IMG/VR virus record: IMGVR_UViG_3300017917_001941
Length of the DNA: 64,000 nucleotides
Direction: 5' to 3' (one strand)
From: an uncultured virus (IMG/VR IMGVR_UViG_3300017917_001941)
Lineage: Duplodnaviria > Heunggongvirae > Uroviricota > Caudoviricetes
The notes beneath the pieces are model-generated. The model saw only the letters and a program-made list of their open reading frames with translations. It was not told the DNA's origin and searched no databases. Position numbers and translations under genes: made by a program. Positions 1 to 10,628 of the stretch are shown here, one piece after another. The stretch's first letter is position 1. Each line of letters opens with the position of its first letter.

Positions 1-77
1 ATCTCAAGGCGATTGTAGACGCTCTGTTTACGACTCGTGGAAAAACTCGACATTTTCGAAAGAGCTTTCCCAGTAAG

Positions 78-398
78 TTGAACCACTACGGGGACCTTTT
101 CGGTTCCCGTGTGTACTATGTCTGGCGATTGGCGCGATTCCACGGGGGCGCCGATGTGACCATGCCGATGACGGCCGACATGGTAATTCATGGTGATCCC
201 TTCAAAGATGAACTGGACACGCTATCTGAGATGATTGCAGTGAAGGTTTTCGGGACTGATATGGCTGCCGCGTACCGGTGGGGCAGGCTTTTGGGTTTTG
301 CTCCCAAGACTCCCAAGGGGCTCCCGGCGAGTGCCTACGAGGGAGGTCCGGTAGCGGATGAGGACAAGCCTGAGTGGGAGCTTTACGAGCTGTTCTGA
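78..398 (+). CDS. hypothetical protein (true start may lie upstream of the window)
   Basis: ORF track; followed by a strong hairpin at 402-439. Confidence 0.55.
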   Translation: MNHYGDLFGSRVYYVWRLARFHGGADVTMPMTADMVIHGDPFKDELDTLSEMIAVKVFGTDMAAAYRWGRLLGFAPKTPKGLPASAYEGGPVADEDKPEWELYELF

Positions 399-401
399 GG
401 G

Positions 402-443
402 TTGAAAGGGAGCCCTGGGAAAAACAGGGCTCCCTTCAATTTA
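402..443 (+). terminator. stem-loop, possible terminator or processing site
   Basis: gggagccctg-ggaaaaa-cagggctccc flanked by ttgaa/ttcaa. Confidence 0.45.
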
Positions 444-454
444 GGAGGATTTCA

Positions 455-700
455 ATGCCCGTACCAATTCATAAGCTGAACGAAACACCTCCTTACGAGC
501 GATGTTGCTTTTGCCGCTCCGCTACCGATTTTTGGACGTTGCTCCTCAACCGCAAGCCTGGGGAGCAAGTGGCAATTTGCCAGCACTGTGCCAATAGGGC
601 GAACCCAGAGGAGGTTCCTTCAAAATCGGTTTGGATCCGCCGGGAACGAATAGCAGGTCACCCTACTTTCTCGGAGGTTTCCAAGGGTAATGGCCGATAA
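455..700 (+). CDS. small Zn-finger protein
   Basis: AGGAGG SD before ATG 455; CCFC...CQHC. Confidence 0.6.
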   Translation: MPVPIHKLNETPPYERCCFCRSATDFWTLLLNRKPGEQVAICQHCANRANPEEVPSKSVWIRRERIAGHPTFSEVSKGNGR

Positions 701-708
701 TTTCTACC

Positions 709-1368
709 GTGGAGATGTACATGACTGAAACTACCAGGAAGTACCTAGTTCAGCGTTGGAGACAAACCTTATGGACTGTTAAGGCCCCCAAGCCCTCAAT
801 GGTCCCACTGGAAAAAGTCTTAGATACCTATGAAGGAACGGGCCGTTTCTATCATACAACTCAGCACCTTCGGTCCTGCTTTGAAATCTTGGACCTTATG
901 GTACCCAAACTTCCTGAGGCAGGAATCCTAGAACTGGCCTTATGGTACCATGACTTCGTATATGACACGCATAGGCACGATAATGAGGAGGCTAGCTCTA
1001 TTGTCGCTGTGAATCAACTCACCCAGGAGTTAGAGCTTCCTGCTCGCTTAGCGGACCAAGTTCGTCAACTAATCCTTGTGACCAACCACAAGAACGAACC
1101 CTGGACCCAAGAGGCTCGGGTTCTCCTGGACGTGGACCTATCCATTCTGGGGTCTCCCTCAGAAGTCTATTGGGAGTACGAAGAAGGCATCAGGAAGGAA
1201 TATGCCTGGGTTGAAGACAAGTTGTTCCGGGAGATTCGTGGGGAGATCTTGGTAAACTTGCTGGAGCGTGATTCTATTTACCACACACGAGAGTTTCGAA
1301 ACAGTCACTACGAACGTCAGGCCAGAGAAAATTTGACGAAGGCTCTAAATAGGCTTGCTAATGACTAA
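709..1368 (+). CDS. HD-domain metal-dependent phosphohydrolase
   Basis: RFYHTTQH, WYHDFVY, LDVDLSILG, IRKEY motifs. Confidence 0.85.
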   Translation: MEMYMTETTRKYLVQRWRQTLWTVKAPKPSMVPLEKVLDTYEGTGRFYHTTQHLRSCFEILDLMVPKLPEAGILELALWYHDFVYDTHRHDNEEASSIVAVNQLTQELELPARLADQVRQLILVTNHKNEPWTQEARVLLDVDLSILGSPSEVYWEYEEGIRKEYAWVEDKLFREIRGEILVNLLERDSIYHTREFRNSHYERQARENLTKALNRLAND

Positions 1369-2597
1369 GTTGGGAGTTCTGCTTCAGTTCCCTGTCGTTT
1401 GATGCGATAATGGACATCGGTACTCAGTAGGCCAAGGTTTGCGGCTTGCGTCCCCCCACTAGCCTTACTAGTAATGTAGGTATCTCCAAGGCCAGTTCCA
1501 TTCCTTCGCATGTAAATCAGGAGGCACGTAGACTCCCTGGCCCAACTCGGCGGACTTATGGACCCTAGTGATACAATTTTTTGAACATCTATGTCACCAG
1601 GAGCGACGGGGACATCCACACCAAAGGGGGTCCACCCTGTTAGACTAGGCATCGGATACGCCGCGTAACCAGCACGGGACCAGACAAAATACCCATCCAA
1701 CCTAATGTTCAACGGAGAGGCTGGGTCTGCCATTGGTACGCAATGCAAGTGAGGGACAACTACCTTTGAATAATCCCATGTGTGGGTGAACTGATATACG
1801 AAAGACAGTTCGTCATCTTGGTCATGGCGCATGAAGTACATATTGAATCTGGTGTCCTTGTAAAACTCCAGAGTCAGATTCCCAGCGCCAGCACCTTGGC
1901 TTATGCTTCCCTGTACGTCATCCCATCGACCGTAATTTCTTGCGATCCAATAACCGCCTCCGGTTGCAGTTATGACGGTGACCCCATCTGCAACATGAGA
2001 GGTTGCCTTTTCAAGTACGTAGATATCCTCGACTTCGTTGACATACGTCATCGAACCATCAGGCAATGCTCCTGCTGGAACAGCGGCCAAGTTAACTAAG
2101 GTGTCGATGGGGGCCACGAAGGCACCACCAGCTCCGGGAGCGAGGCCATCGAGTTTGGTTTTGTCAGATCCACTCATAAAACCAGCGTTTCCGCCAGCGA
2201 TAGCAACCGAGTGGAGAGAGCCCCCGGCTTGGTCCCCATGCGAATGAACGTGGTCCGCATGAGGTACGTTAGCAGAGGACCCATCTGCATTCGCTGAACC
2301 GACTGCAACAGGGGACCCGAAAGTGATCCCACTGAGGCCATCGAGTTTGGTTTTGTCAGATCCACTCATAAAACCAGCGTTTCCGCCAGCGATGACAACC
2401 GAGTGGAGAGAACCCCCGGCTTGGTCCCCATGCGAATGAACGTGATCCGCATGAGGTACGTTAGCAGAGGACCCATCTGCATTCGCGGAGCCGACTGCAA
2501 CAGGGGACCCGAAAGTTACCCCAGTACCACTTGTGCTTAGCTTCCCAACTGTAGTACCGAGCCCATCAACTTTGCGTTCTTCCGGTGTTATTGCCAT
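1365..2597 (-). CDS. putative virion/tail-fibre protein with internal duplication
   Basis: Two 64-aa repeats ending GFMSGSDKTKLDGL (tail-fibre-type repeat); lies in the structural module. Confidence 0.65.
   Translation of the reverse strand: MAITPEERKVDGLGTTVGKLSTSGTGVTFGSPVAVGSANADGSSANVPHADHVHSHGDQAGGSLHSVVIAGGNAGFMSGSDKTKLDGLSGITFGSPVAVGSANADGSSANVPHADHVHSHGDQAGGSLHSVAIAGGNAGFMSGSDKTKLDGLAPGAGGAFVAPIDTLVNLAAVPAGALPDGSMTYVNEVEDIYVLEKATSHVADGVTVITATGGGYWIARNYGRWDDVQGSISQGAGAGNLTLEFYKDTRFNMYFMRHDQDDELSFVYQFTHTWDYSKVVVPHLHCVPMADPASPLNIRLDGYFVWSRAGYAAYPMPSLTGWTPFGVDVPVAPGDIDVQKIVSLGSISPPSWARESTCLLIYMRRNGTGLGDTYITSKASGGTQAANLGLLSTDVHYRIKRQGTEAELPT
2142..2516. repeat. near-perfect tandem duplication, 192-bp period
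   Basis: gaggccatcgagtttggttttgtcagatcc... starts at 2142 and again at 2334. Confidence 0.95.
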
Positions 2598-2602
2598 GAT
2601 CG

Positions 2603-3040
2603 TTACCCCACCCTGATTAGGAATTCGATTGGGGCCGCTACCGTATTCGTGATCGTAGCTTCAGTGAAATTCGCATTGTGCACGATGTCAATAGTCCCAG
2701 TAGCGTCCAACCAAGTCGTGACACCCCCATTCACAAGTTTTTTCAAAACCACGAGACTTGGGATATATCCCAAGTGGTGTTCAATTGTGATGGAGTTTCC
2801 AGGACCAGGAGAGGCTGCCAAAGAGGTGACATCATTTAGGGTCAGTTTCCCCACCCTTTTGAAATGAAACAAATCTCCCTTTTGCGCGGAACGAATTACA
2901 TCCGAAGTATCTGCAAGGTAAACACTCCTCCCAGGACCAATGTACAGGTCTTCCGCCCGACGAGCTTCAGTCTGACCTTGCCGAATGAGACGTAAATCCT
3001 TCAGGTAAATCGTTCCTGAAGAGATGTTCGTGACCTTCAT
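2603..3040 (-). CDS. hypothetical, probably virion protein
   Basis: ORF co-oriented with and tightly linked to the fibre gene. Confidence 0.65.
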   Translation of the reverse strand: MKVTNISSGTIYLKDLRLIRQGQTEARRAEDLYIGPGRSVYLADTSDVIRSAQKGDLFHFKRVGKLTLNDVTSLAASPGPGNSITIEHHLGYIPSLVVLKKLVNGGVTTWLDATGTIDIVHNANFTEATITNTVAAPIEFLIRVG

Positions 3041-3117
3041 GCCTTAGACCAAAAGATTGAAAGATTCGTGAGCTGAAAGTTCCGGAGCTCAACCGTTGTA
3101 GGATCAAGGAGAACACC

Positions 3118-3468
3118 ATGGAAAATGCAGTAGGGAAGAAGCCAGCTCGGGTACGAAAGCCTAAAGACTCACCATTACCGACTTACGATAACAGGTCTGT
3201 CGGACAGAAAGTTAGGGACAAAGAGTATGACATAAAACTTCCATACCCTGATCATAAGGACCCGAATTACAAGGAACTACGAAAGGCTTATTTTGCGGAG
3301 AGATCCAGACTCGAAGATTTGCTTAGGAGGGACCTTCTTGTAGAGAACGATGTCGTCGGGCACCCGAAAGCTCAGATGGTTTGGGACAAGGCCTGGGAAT
3401 ATGGGCACTATGCAGGGTACCATGAGGTTGTTAACTACTTTGAAAGCTTGGTAGAGTTGATCAAATAA
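3118..3468 (+). CDS. hypothetical phage protein
   Basis: AAGGAG SD; ORF track. Confidence 0.75.
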   Translation: MENAVGKKPARVRKPKDSPLPTYDNRSVGQKVRDKEYDIKLPYPDHKDPNYKELRKAYFAERSRLEDLLRRDLLVENDVVGHPKAQMVWDKAWEYGHYAGYHEVVNYFESLVELIK

Positions 3469-6400
3469 TGCTCCAACGGGTTCCGTTATAGACCACTGAG
3501 GTAGTCATCCAGGCTACATTAATTGGAAACGTAGCGGCTCCGTCAATATTTTTCCCATTCCCATCTAAGGTGACAGGGTAAGTTTGACAAAGACCCTCTG
3601 CATCTTTGATCACGTGATGCTCACCTGTAATAGGTGAGGATGGAAGATAGAGGGTAATTGGACCTGTTACCGTCCCTATTCCGATATACCAGTCTTCATT
3701 TGAAATTGTATCAGTAGTAGTCACTTCTCGTACAGATGCTAGATTGACCCACACTACCTCCTTTCCATTGAAGGTAAGAACTCCTCCAGCTTTATTAGGA
3801 GTCGGTTCTTCCACTGGATACCCCTGGAGCGTATCCGCGGGCCCAAGGGTTACGAAACCCCCAACTCCACTTCGGTAACCTAAGACCCCAGAAGCATAGG
3901 CTGAGACCTCATCGAAGGCACTGAAGGTGACCCAGGCTTTGGAGCTACCCAGCATGGTTACATCCATAGGTGCGGATGTGGCTGGAAGGATATCGGATCG
4001 AAGGAAAGTAAAGGTATTGGATGAAAAATCATACCGATAATCTGAGACGAAAAACTCCCCATTGTAATTCGAGAGTACTCTTAATAAGTCATAATTTCCA
4101 GGGGATTGAGCGTAGACTGAAATCCGATAGGGGTTATTTTGAACTGCCGTCTCCGTGATCTGGGAAGTACTCCCTGCAACAAGGCAGTAGAGATAGGTAT
4201 TAGAAACGAAGTAAACATTCCCTCCTGGAGAAACGGCAACGTCTAGAGCAGGATCACTTCGGTTCGTGTCTGTAGACAAATAAAACTTTTCATACTTCCA
4301 CCCTGGATACGGGTAAGTATGAATATCCAGAGTGGCTGTGAGAGTAGCTGGCCTTAGTACCCCACTAGCATCGATATAACCCGCAACCCAAAGGCGATCT
4401 GAGCTTGAACCCATCGCAGCATCTGATGGATAGAACGGAGTATTAGCTGTACTCCAGTACCCACCAGCGACATTCGGATTTTGAATATCAACATAAAATA
4501 GATACCTATCGTTGGCTTGGTCAGTTGCAGTTGCCCATACTGCCCCACCATGAACCTGAACTCCGTTTGGAATCATCAATGAGTTCAGATTTTCAAATGC
4601 GACAGCGGAATCACCACCTGGCTCAATGACCCAAACTTTACTCTCATTTTCCTCTGACCCAACAATGAAAGTGTTGCCAGTTACTGAGTCATAACACACA
4701 TCCGCAATGGAACTATTGAGGCTTCGTTGACAGAGGAAGAACCTATTCACATTGTAAGGGTTCCCTGACTGAGGGTAGTAGACCTTGGAATTAACGACCG
4801 CCCGAGCGTTCTCCAGGACGACCCAAAATTCGTCTTGTGAGACCTGGGATAGGTAAGTTGGTTTGGTTTGAGCATACCCCTTCAGAACGCCAGTTCCCCT
4901 TGTAGTGCCAGGGATCTCAAAAGGATTGACCTGAGAGCCATACTGAGGTTCCCCATCATTGACAAGCTTAGCTCCTAGGGGGAACTCCATCTTGAACTCC
5001 ATGCCGCGAAGGACAGGAGCCCTCCCATCTTTAGATATATAATCTTGAGAGATGGGTTCGATGGGGACCCCAGCGAGATGCAAGTAGGGGGCAAGCTTAA
5101 GAGACCCACCAATGGGCCAAATGGGTCCTATCTGGCCGGTGAAGTTGACAAGTGCTAGGCTGTCCCTAAACAGAAGAAAGATTCCATTATGAACCCCTAT
5201 GCAACCTACCGGATTCGAATTAGGTGCTAGTTGAGTCGAGGGCCCAAATACCATTGAGTCACTGATGTATATTGTCTTTGTGGTATTTCGAATCAACTGA
5301 AGAGTCGGATTGGGTTTGTCATAGAGTACGAAAGAGTGCCCACTTTCAGAATCAGAGAGAATGGACACCTCCTCATTACTCAACACGGCTTCCGCTCCCA
5401 TGAACTTTGGGAAGCTACCCGCTGGAATCATAATTGAATCCACGAAAGACCATGTTGGTTGTTGGTCTTGGTCTAGATACCAAGATAAGAGAGTCAGTGC
5501 CCCCGAGCCTAAATCCTGAGTATCTTTTGTGAGAATCAGAAGGCTATTGGCATACCAAGTGTACTCGCTTCCGTAACTGAGGGTCCATTCAATGGAAGAG
5601 ACTGTTCCGTTCTCAGGAGCAACAGGTAGTGTGTAATCACTCCAAGTGTACCCAGATGTTAGATCACAACGAAGGATAGTGGCACTCGTTCCGCTGAGGC
5701 CTCCAAGATAAAGCATCGGAACATTGAAAGCGCCAGCCATACTAGTAATTGCTATTGACTGAGATGGCTCAACAACTCCAATAATTGCCCCCGTAGTAGA
5801 GTTGATCTCGATTACCTTGTGACCCGTGAGGTAATTCTTGTCCAGGAACGATACCCAAACACGGTTATTACTTCGAGTGCAAGTAATCGCATTAGCTTGA
5901 TCAATCTCATAAGGTATAGCGGGATCCGGACTCGTACACGGGTATAAGTCCAGCTCGTATCTTTTTGCCGTTAGATTGATTGCGTCTACCTGCCAGAGGT
6001 AGTACTTCTTGGTTACATCCCCAGTGTAACCAAGAACCCAAACGATACCTCCTATGGCTGCCATCTGAACGGTCGTTATCAACTCAGTGACGGCAAGGGC
6101 ATCTCCGATCTTAGTAGGAAGACTGATAACATTTCGGCTTTCTGCTTGACCCGCAGTACTGGAGATGACAACTACATCTTCGTTCCGGAGAATTGCTATT
6201 CGAGTAGGATTAGGACCTTCCATTCCGAAAATGAATAGGGATAACACTTGTTTGGCTGCTATCTCATCTGACCCCTGAAGTACACAGGATGAGTCTACCT
6301 TAGCTGGTTGATTAACTACTGGGTAATTGACATAACTTTCTTCAATTTCAGGGATTCCTCGATCATATACCCTCATCGAACGAACGCCGGAAACTGTAGG

Positions 6401-7849
6401 ACTTGGAAGGGTTCCCCCTAAGTCCCCTTTGATGCCTGTCCCATACTTAATAGTGATAACGTTACAAGACCCCGCTTCCCCATGGGAGATAGTCCCCTTT
6501 AGGTACGTGATTTTTCCATTGACCTCAGCGGAACCCTGACCTCCGAAATAAACGATATCACCTATAGCAGCAACAGACTCATTGCCATTCTGAAATTCCG
6601 AGGGGCAAAAGGTAACGATTTCTAAAGTTGTAGGATTTACCCTAGCTATGTAATTGGTTTGAGTGCTACCTACAAATAGATAAGGAGCTTGGCTTGGTCC
6701 GAGGCCCTCACCGAAGGTGGCCTTCTGAATCTCTCCTGTAGAGCTATGATACCAAGCCTGAATACTCAATGAGGTTGGATTAAGTTTGAGGAAGTTCGTC
6801 TGTGTATCCGAGAGCCAAATGGAGCCCAAGGCACAAGCAACCGAAAAGCTGGCACTAGTATCTAGAGTGTAGTGAGTGCTCTCGGCGTGGATAGTTGCTA
6901 AGGTTGACTCTACAGTTAGAGTAGCTGGGTTATACCCTTCAAGAACAGCATAGTTCGTATAACCCCCATTTGTCAGCCAGAGCTTCTCGAATCCGTACCG
7001 GAGCCATCTCGCGGGATGCGCCGTAACACTGAGTGTAGGAGCCGTCGTATCGGGTGCCGTCCCAAGACAGGATGCCGTTTCCCATTTGTAGAGATACCCA
7101 GAAGTATCAACGTCTACAGGCCTTGCAAAGGCATAAAAGTTCCCTACTCCGTCTGCTGTTACTGAAACGATTCTACGATTGGACTCCCCTGCCCAACCCC
7201 ACCCAGATAGAGAAAAGGTGCTCTTGTGGATAATGGCAATGTTCCCTGTGTCCCAACATGCACAATACAAGTAAGTATCGTCTTGAGCAATGTCCCCTAT
7301 TACTGAGGCACTGACGAGGGTAGCACTCAAGTCAATAGTTCCGACTAACATCAGGTTCGGAATTCCGTCAGAACCGACACCTAAGGGAAGAACCTTGTGA
7401 ACATACGGAACACTTTCAGTTTGTGACCATTCCCCAACATAGAGAAAAGTCCCGTCGGAGACGACTGACCTAGGGCCAGTCAAAAGAGTCGAATTATTTT
7501 CGGCTTGGAGGACTGCACCAGCTACTGGGAGACTAGTAGAACCAGGTGTAGGAACCCCTTGTATCTTCGAGACGACCTGAGAGGTTGAGGTACCTGAAAG
7601 ATCTCCGCCGGGAGTGAGTGAGCCCCCACCAGAACTGAATTCGTTCCACGTTGTCAAGTCCCCAGCAAGTTGCCACATCGAGCCCTCAGCTTCGGCCCAT
7701 ACGAGCATTCCTGCTTTACGACTCGTGCTTGGAATTGCATTCCTGGCCGCGATGTTAGCAACCGCGCGGAAACCACCCTTTACGTCTTTGTCCTCGACGA
7801 GAGGGAAGCTACCTAGGGGAGATAGTAGATCTGTTAATCCAATAGGCAT
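3461..7849 (-). CDS. large tail fibre / receptor-binding protein with beta-propeller-like repeats
   Basis: 1462 aa; N-terminal ARNAIP..RKAGMLVW, GGDLSGT / GDLGGTLPSPTV linkers, C-terminal IKDAEG..TLDGNGKNIDG..VYNGTRW fibre-type domain. Confidence 0.7.
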   Translation of the reverse strand: MPIGLTDLLSPLGSFPLVEDKDVKGGFRAVANIAARNAIPSTSRKAGMLVWAEAEGSMWQLAGDLTTWNEFSSGGGSLTPGGDLSGTSTSQVVSKIQGVPTPGSTSLPVAGAVLQAENNSTLLTGPRSVVSDGTFLYVGEWSQTESVPYVHKVLPLGVGSDGIPNLMLVGTIDLSATLVSASVIGDIAQDDTYLYCACWDTGNIAIIHKSTFSLSGWGWAGESNRRIVSVTADGVGNFYAFARPVDVDTSGYLYKWETASCLGTAPDTTAPTLSVTAHPARWLRYGFEKLWLTNGGYTNYAVLEGYNPATLTVESTLATIHAESTHYTLDTSASFSVACALGSIWLSDTQTNFLKLNPTSLSIQAWYHSSTGEIQKATFGEGLGPSQAPYLFVGSTQTNYIARVNPTTLEIVTFCPSEFQNGNESVAAIGDIVYFGGQGSAEVNGKITYLKGTISHGEAGSCNVITIKYGTGIKGDLGGTLPSPTVSGVRSMRVYDRGIPEIEESYVNYPVVNQPAKVDSSCVLQGSDEIAAKQVLSLFIFGMEGPNPTRIAILRNEDVVVISSTAGQAESRNVISLPTKIGDALAVTELITTVQMAAIGGIVWVLGYTGDVTKKYYLWQVDAINLTAKRYELDLYPCTSPDPAIPYEIDQANAITCTRSNNRVWVSFLDKNYLTGHKVIEINSTTGAIIGVVEPSQSIAITSMAGAFNVPMLYLGGLSGTSATILRCDLTSGYTWSDYTLPVAPENGTVSSIEWTLSYGSEYTWYANSLLILTKDTQDLGSGALTLLSWYLDQDQQPTWSFVDSIMIPAGSFPKFMGAEAVLSNEEVSILSDSESGHSFVLYDKPNPTLQLIRNTTKTIYISDSMVFGPSTQLAPNSNPVGCIGVHNGIFLLFRDSLALVNFTGQIGPIWPIGGSLKLAPYLHLAGVPIEPISQDYISKDGRAPVLRGMEFKMEFPLGAKLVNDGEPQYGSQVNPFEIPGTTRGTGVLKGYAQTKPTYLSQVSQDEFWVVLENARAVVNSKVYYPQSGNPYNVNRFFLCQRSLNSSIADVCYDSVTGNTFIVGSEENESKVWVIEPGGDSAVAFENLNSLMIPNGVQVHGGAVWATATDQANDRYLFYVDIQNPNVAGGYWSTANTPFYPSDAAMGSSSDRLWVAGYIDASGVLRPATLTATLDIHTYPYPGWKYEKFYLSTDTNRSDPALDVAVSPGGNVYFVSNTYLYCLVAGSTSQITETAVQNNPYRISVYAQSPGNYDLLRVLSNYNGEFFVSDYRYDFSSNTFTFLRSDILPATSAPMDVTMLGSSKAWVTFSAFDEVSAYASGVLGYRSGVGGFVTLGPADTLQGYPVEEPTPNKAGGVLTFNGKEVVWVNLASVREVTTTDTISNEDWYIGIGTVTGPITLYLPSSPITGEHHVIKDAEGLCQTYPVTLDGNGKNIDGAATFPINVAWMTTSVVYNGTRWSII

Positions 7850-7850
7850 G

Positions 7851-9050
7851 TCAGTTCACCACAAAGACGAGGTTTGTGCCAGTAAGGAGGTTTGTGCTTT
7901 CATAAATATTGTAAGTACGAGTCACGCCGTTCACATTTGTAAGCTGGATCTCAGTAGGGGAGTTGAACGCAGCTGGAAACCCATTAAGGGTAAACGTGGC
8001 AGACCCAAGCATCTTTGGAAGGGCATAGTAAACTTTTTGATTGCTCGGACTGACCGTGAAACTTCGGGCCCTAGTCGCTTGAAGAGCGGTTCCAGCAAGG
8101 GCCTTCACTGCTGCTTCCGTTGACATCCCGGCTGATCCTACGCCCCACCAAACGTCAGGTACCCATTGTAACGACCAGGTTGAGGTATGAGTCACCCCAT
8201 TCTTCGTTGCATTTAGCGTAACCGCTACCGAGGGGTTTGCTCCAACATCATCCCCAAATAACTGGAGAACTCCGCTCATAGTCCAATTAGTGAATGGGCT
8301 GACTCCAACCCAGATACCCGTTTTGATATCACTGGGCGAAGTGCTCCCAGAAAAAACCATTGAAACATTGGCAGTAACTGGTGGACCTGAGGTAAAACCA
8401 GCCGAGGCTGTAATACCAGTGAAGGAGTCTCCAATTCGGCAAAGGGTGGAAGACCCCCCGTAGTTGGTTTTTGCCCAGCTAGTGATGGCAAAGGCAGGAA
8501 TAATCATTTCCTGACTCAAGCGGCCGAACTTCAGAACTCCAGCTGGATCCTCCATGAGAACCGAGTACTGCTCACCACTAGTTGGCGGCAGACCTCCACC
8601 CCCACTACCCCCAGCTCGGATCAGGGTATTCACAGTGACTGCCCAACCGAAGCTAGGATCTCCTTCGAACTTCTCCCCAACTGCACCCACACGGAACCCT
8701 TGCTCCGTTAGTGTGTAAATACCGAAGTTAGAGACTTGTCCAGCGCCACCCCCATTGACCATCGAACGAAAAACAAGAGCTCTACCAATCCCGGCCCCGG
8801 CTGGTATCACGAAGGTGACAGTTCCAGTGGGATCCGAAACGATATGCGTTTCCGGGTCTACTCCAGACAAGGCGGGGGCAACCCCTGTAACCTCGTCCAC
8901 ACCAAAGATTTGAAGAGTCCATTGAGAGACCTCAGAGGAACTGGCGAGTCTAATGGAGATTGTATTCCCGTGAGTGACATTTACTCCGTTAGTAGTCCCA
9001 ACCCAGGACCCCTCCCCATCCATAACTTGAACGACAGCTGATGCAGTCAT
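7851..9050 (-). CDS. putative virion structural protein
   Basis: Gly/Ser/Thr-rich beta-type protein directly upstream of the fibre gene. Confidence 0.65.
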   Translation of the reverse strand: MTASAVVQVMDGEGSWVGTTNGVNVTHGNTISIRLASSSEVSQWTLQIFGVDEVTGVAPALSGVDPETHIVSDPTGTVTFVIPAGAGIGRALVFRSMVNGGGAGQVSNFGIYTLTEQGFRVGAVGEKFEGDPSFGWAVTVNTLIRAGGSGGGGLPPTSGEQYSVLMEDPAGVLKFGRLSQEMIIPAFAITSWAKTNYGGSSTLCRIGDSFTGITASAGFTSGPPVTANVSMVFSGSTSPSDIKTGIWVGVSPFTNWTMSGVLQLFGDDVGANPSVAVTLNATKNGVTHTSTWSLQWVPDVWWGVGSAGMSTEAAVKALAGTALQATRARSFTVSPSNQKVYYALPKMLGSATFTLNGFPAAFNSPTEIQLTNVNGVTRTYNIYESTNLLTGTNLVFVVN

Positions 9051-9052
9051 GT

Positions 9053-9397
9053 TTACTCCTTACAGGTTTCGGGATCCTTTTTCCGGTAAACCTCGATTTG
9101 GTCACAACTCGGAACAAGCATAACGCATCGAGGATTCAGAAACGCGCCGAGACCCTGAGACGTCTTACAGAATTCAGCGCATGTCTCATTAGGGACGTCC
9201 TTGGGGCCAGGCTTATCAGAATCATAAACAGGCTCACCCTCCTCGCACTTAAGGCCCATTGGACCAATGTGCTGACACATCCTTTCACACAAGTCTGTAT
9301 CAGGTGGGGTGATTGGTGCTGGGCTCGGGGATTCCCGGTCCGTCGTGTGTGGGCACCCGCTAAGTACGGTGACGAGGAGGGCTAGCATGAGTCTCAT
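9053..9397 (-). CDS. Cys-rich lipoprotein
   Basis: MRLMLALLVTVLSG-C lipobox from ATG 9397; multiple Cys. Confidence 0.7.
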   Translation of the reverse strand: MRLMLALLVTVLSGCPHTTDRESPSPAPITPPDTDLCERMCQHIGPMGLKCEEGEPVYDSDKPGPKDVPNETCAEFCKTSQGLGAFLNPRCVMLVPSCDQIEVYRKKDPETCKE

Positions 9398-9477
9398 GCT
9401 AGCCCTTGTTGAAAGGTAGCTTAGTTGCTGGCAGAGCGAATAAACCTTGACTGAGATTCTTAGTTGGAGGCTATCAC

Positions 9478-10293
9478 ATGCACAAGCTCGGATACCGTCG
9501 AGATCCAACTGAAGGACTAAGTAAGGACTATGACTTCGCGTCTCGACTCCGACCCTATTTAGTCGGAGCCACTGACGGAGACATAGACCTTAGTCAATAT
9601 GCCACCGAAACGAACCAATATGAGCTATCAGCATGTGCTGGGAACGCTACAGCCGATGCAGTAGAGATCATTAGCGCTATCGACGAAGTTGACCGCGCAG
9701 CGGCCGAAGGTCGTGCCCCAAAACCGCAACCCCAACTCTCTCGCCTATTTGTCTACGCAATGGCCCGGTCCCTCATGGATGACAACGGCGACGGGAAAGG
9801 CGATATTGACAAGGATGAAGGCACTTACATCCGGCTTTGCTTTGAGATCCTTAGCCGGTTCGGGATCTGTGACGAGACTGTATGGCCTTACAATGAGGCT
9901 AAGGTCTTTGTGGCTCCAAGCATTAAAGCAATGCGCCAGGCAATAGGCCATAAAATTCATAGCTACTACCGAATTAAACAAGTCGGTGACGAACGCCTTG
10001 ACCAAATCATTTCCTCTCTTCGTGCTAGGCACCCTGTTGTTTTTGGGACATTGGTTGACCAAGCATTTACACAGGCCTCTGGGCCGTCTATCATCTCTCG
10101 TCCAAGTGGACCTACCGTTGGTGGACACGCAATGATAGTCATTGGTTATGTTAACGGCCGTTTCAAGATCAAGAACTCTTGGGGCCGTGGTTGGCGTGAG
10201 AATGGCTATTGCTACCTTACGCCCGAGTACCTAACCTGGAAAGATACTTGGGATCTATGGGTTCCCACCTCTGGGACCGTTTTTGGAAAATGA
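9478..10293 (+). CDS. papain-like cysteine protease (C1 family)
   Basis: NQYELSACAGNA (Q/C), GGHAMIVIGY (H), IKNSWGRGWRENGY (N). Confidence 0.92.
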   Translation: MHKLGYRRDPTEGLSKDYDFASRLRPYLVGATDGDIDLSQYATETNQYELSACAGNATADAVEIISAIDEVDRAAAEGRAPKPQPQLSRLFVYAMARSLMDDNGDGKGDIDKDEGTYIRLCFEILSRFGICDETVWPYNEAKVFVAPSIKAMRQAIGHKIHSYYRIKQVGDERLDQIISSLRARHPVVFGTLVDQAFTQASGPSIISRPSGPTVGGHAMIVIGYVNGRFKIKNSWGRGWRENGYCYLTPEYLTWKDTWDLWVPTSGTVFGK

Positions 10294-10302
10294 GCTTAGA
10301 CC

Positions 10303-10581
10303 ATGCTTACCACACAAGTCAAAAAGGCGTCATTCTTCAATGTAAATGACATCATTTTATATGGGAAGTACAAGAACAAAAAAGGGCGGATCGTGGGTTT
10401 TGGAGCTGACCAACACGGCAACCCCACAGTCGAGATTGAGCCTATTCCCAAAGGAAGAAAACAAAATAAGGTCTTTGGTCTATACAAAATTTGGCACGTT
10501 CCGGTCGAACCTAAGGTTGCTTCTGAGTTAATACTAGTGCGAAACATCATTGCCCGATACCTAGGCGACGACCCTGAATGA
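10303..10581 (+). CDS. hypothetical protein (SH3/KOW-like)
   Basis: ORF track; GKYKNKKGRIV. Confidence 0.6.
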   Translation: MLTTQVKKASFFNVNDIILYGKYKNKKGRIVGFGADQHGNPTVEIEPIPKGRKQNKVFGLYKIWHVPVEPKVASELILVRNIIARYLGDDPE

Positions 10582-10628
10582 ACCTCTTGTAGGACCCCCT
10601 GACCTGTTTTCCCTTGGAGGTTCATGAA

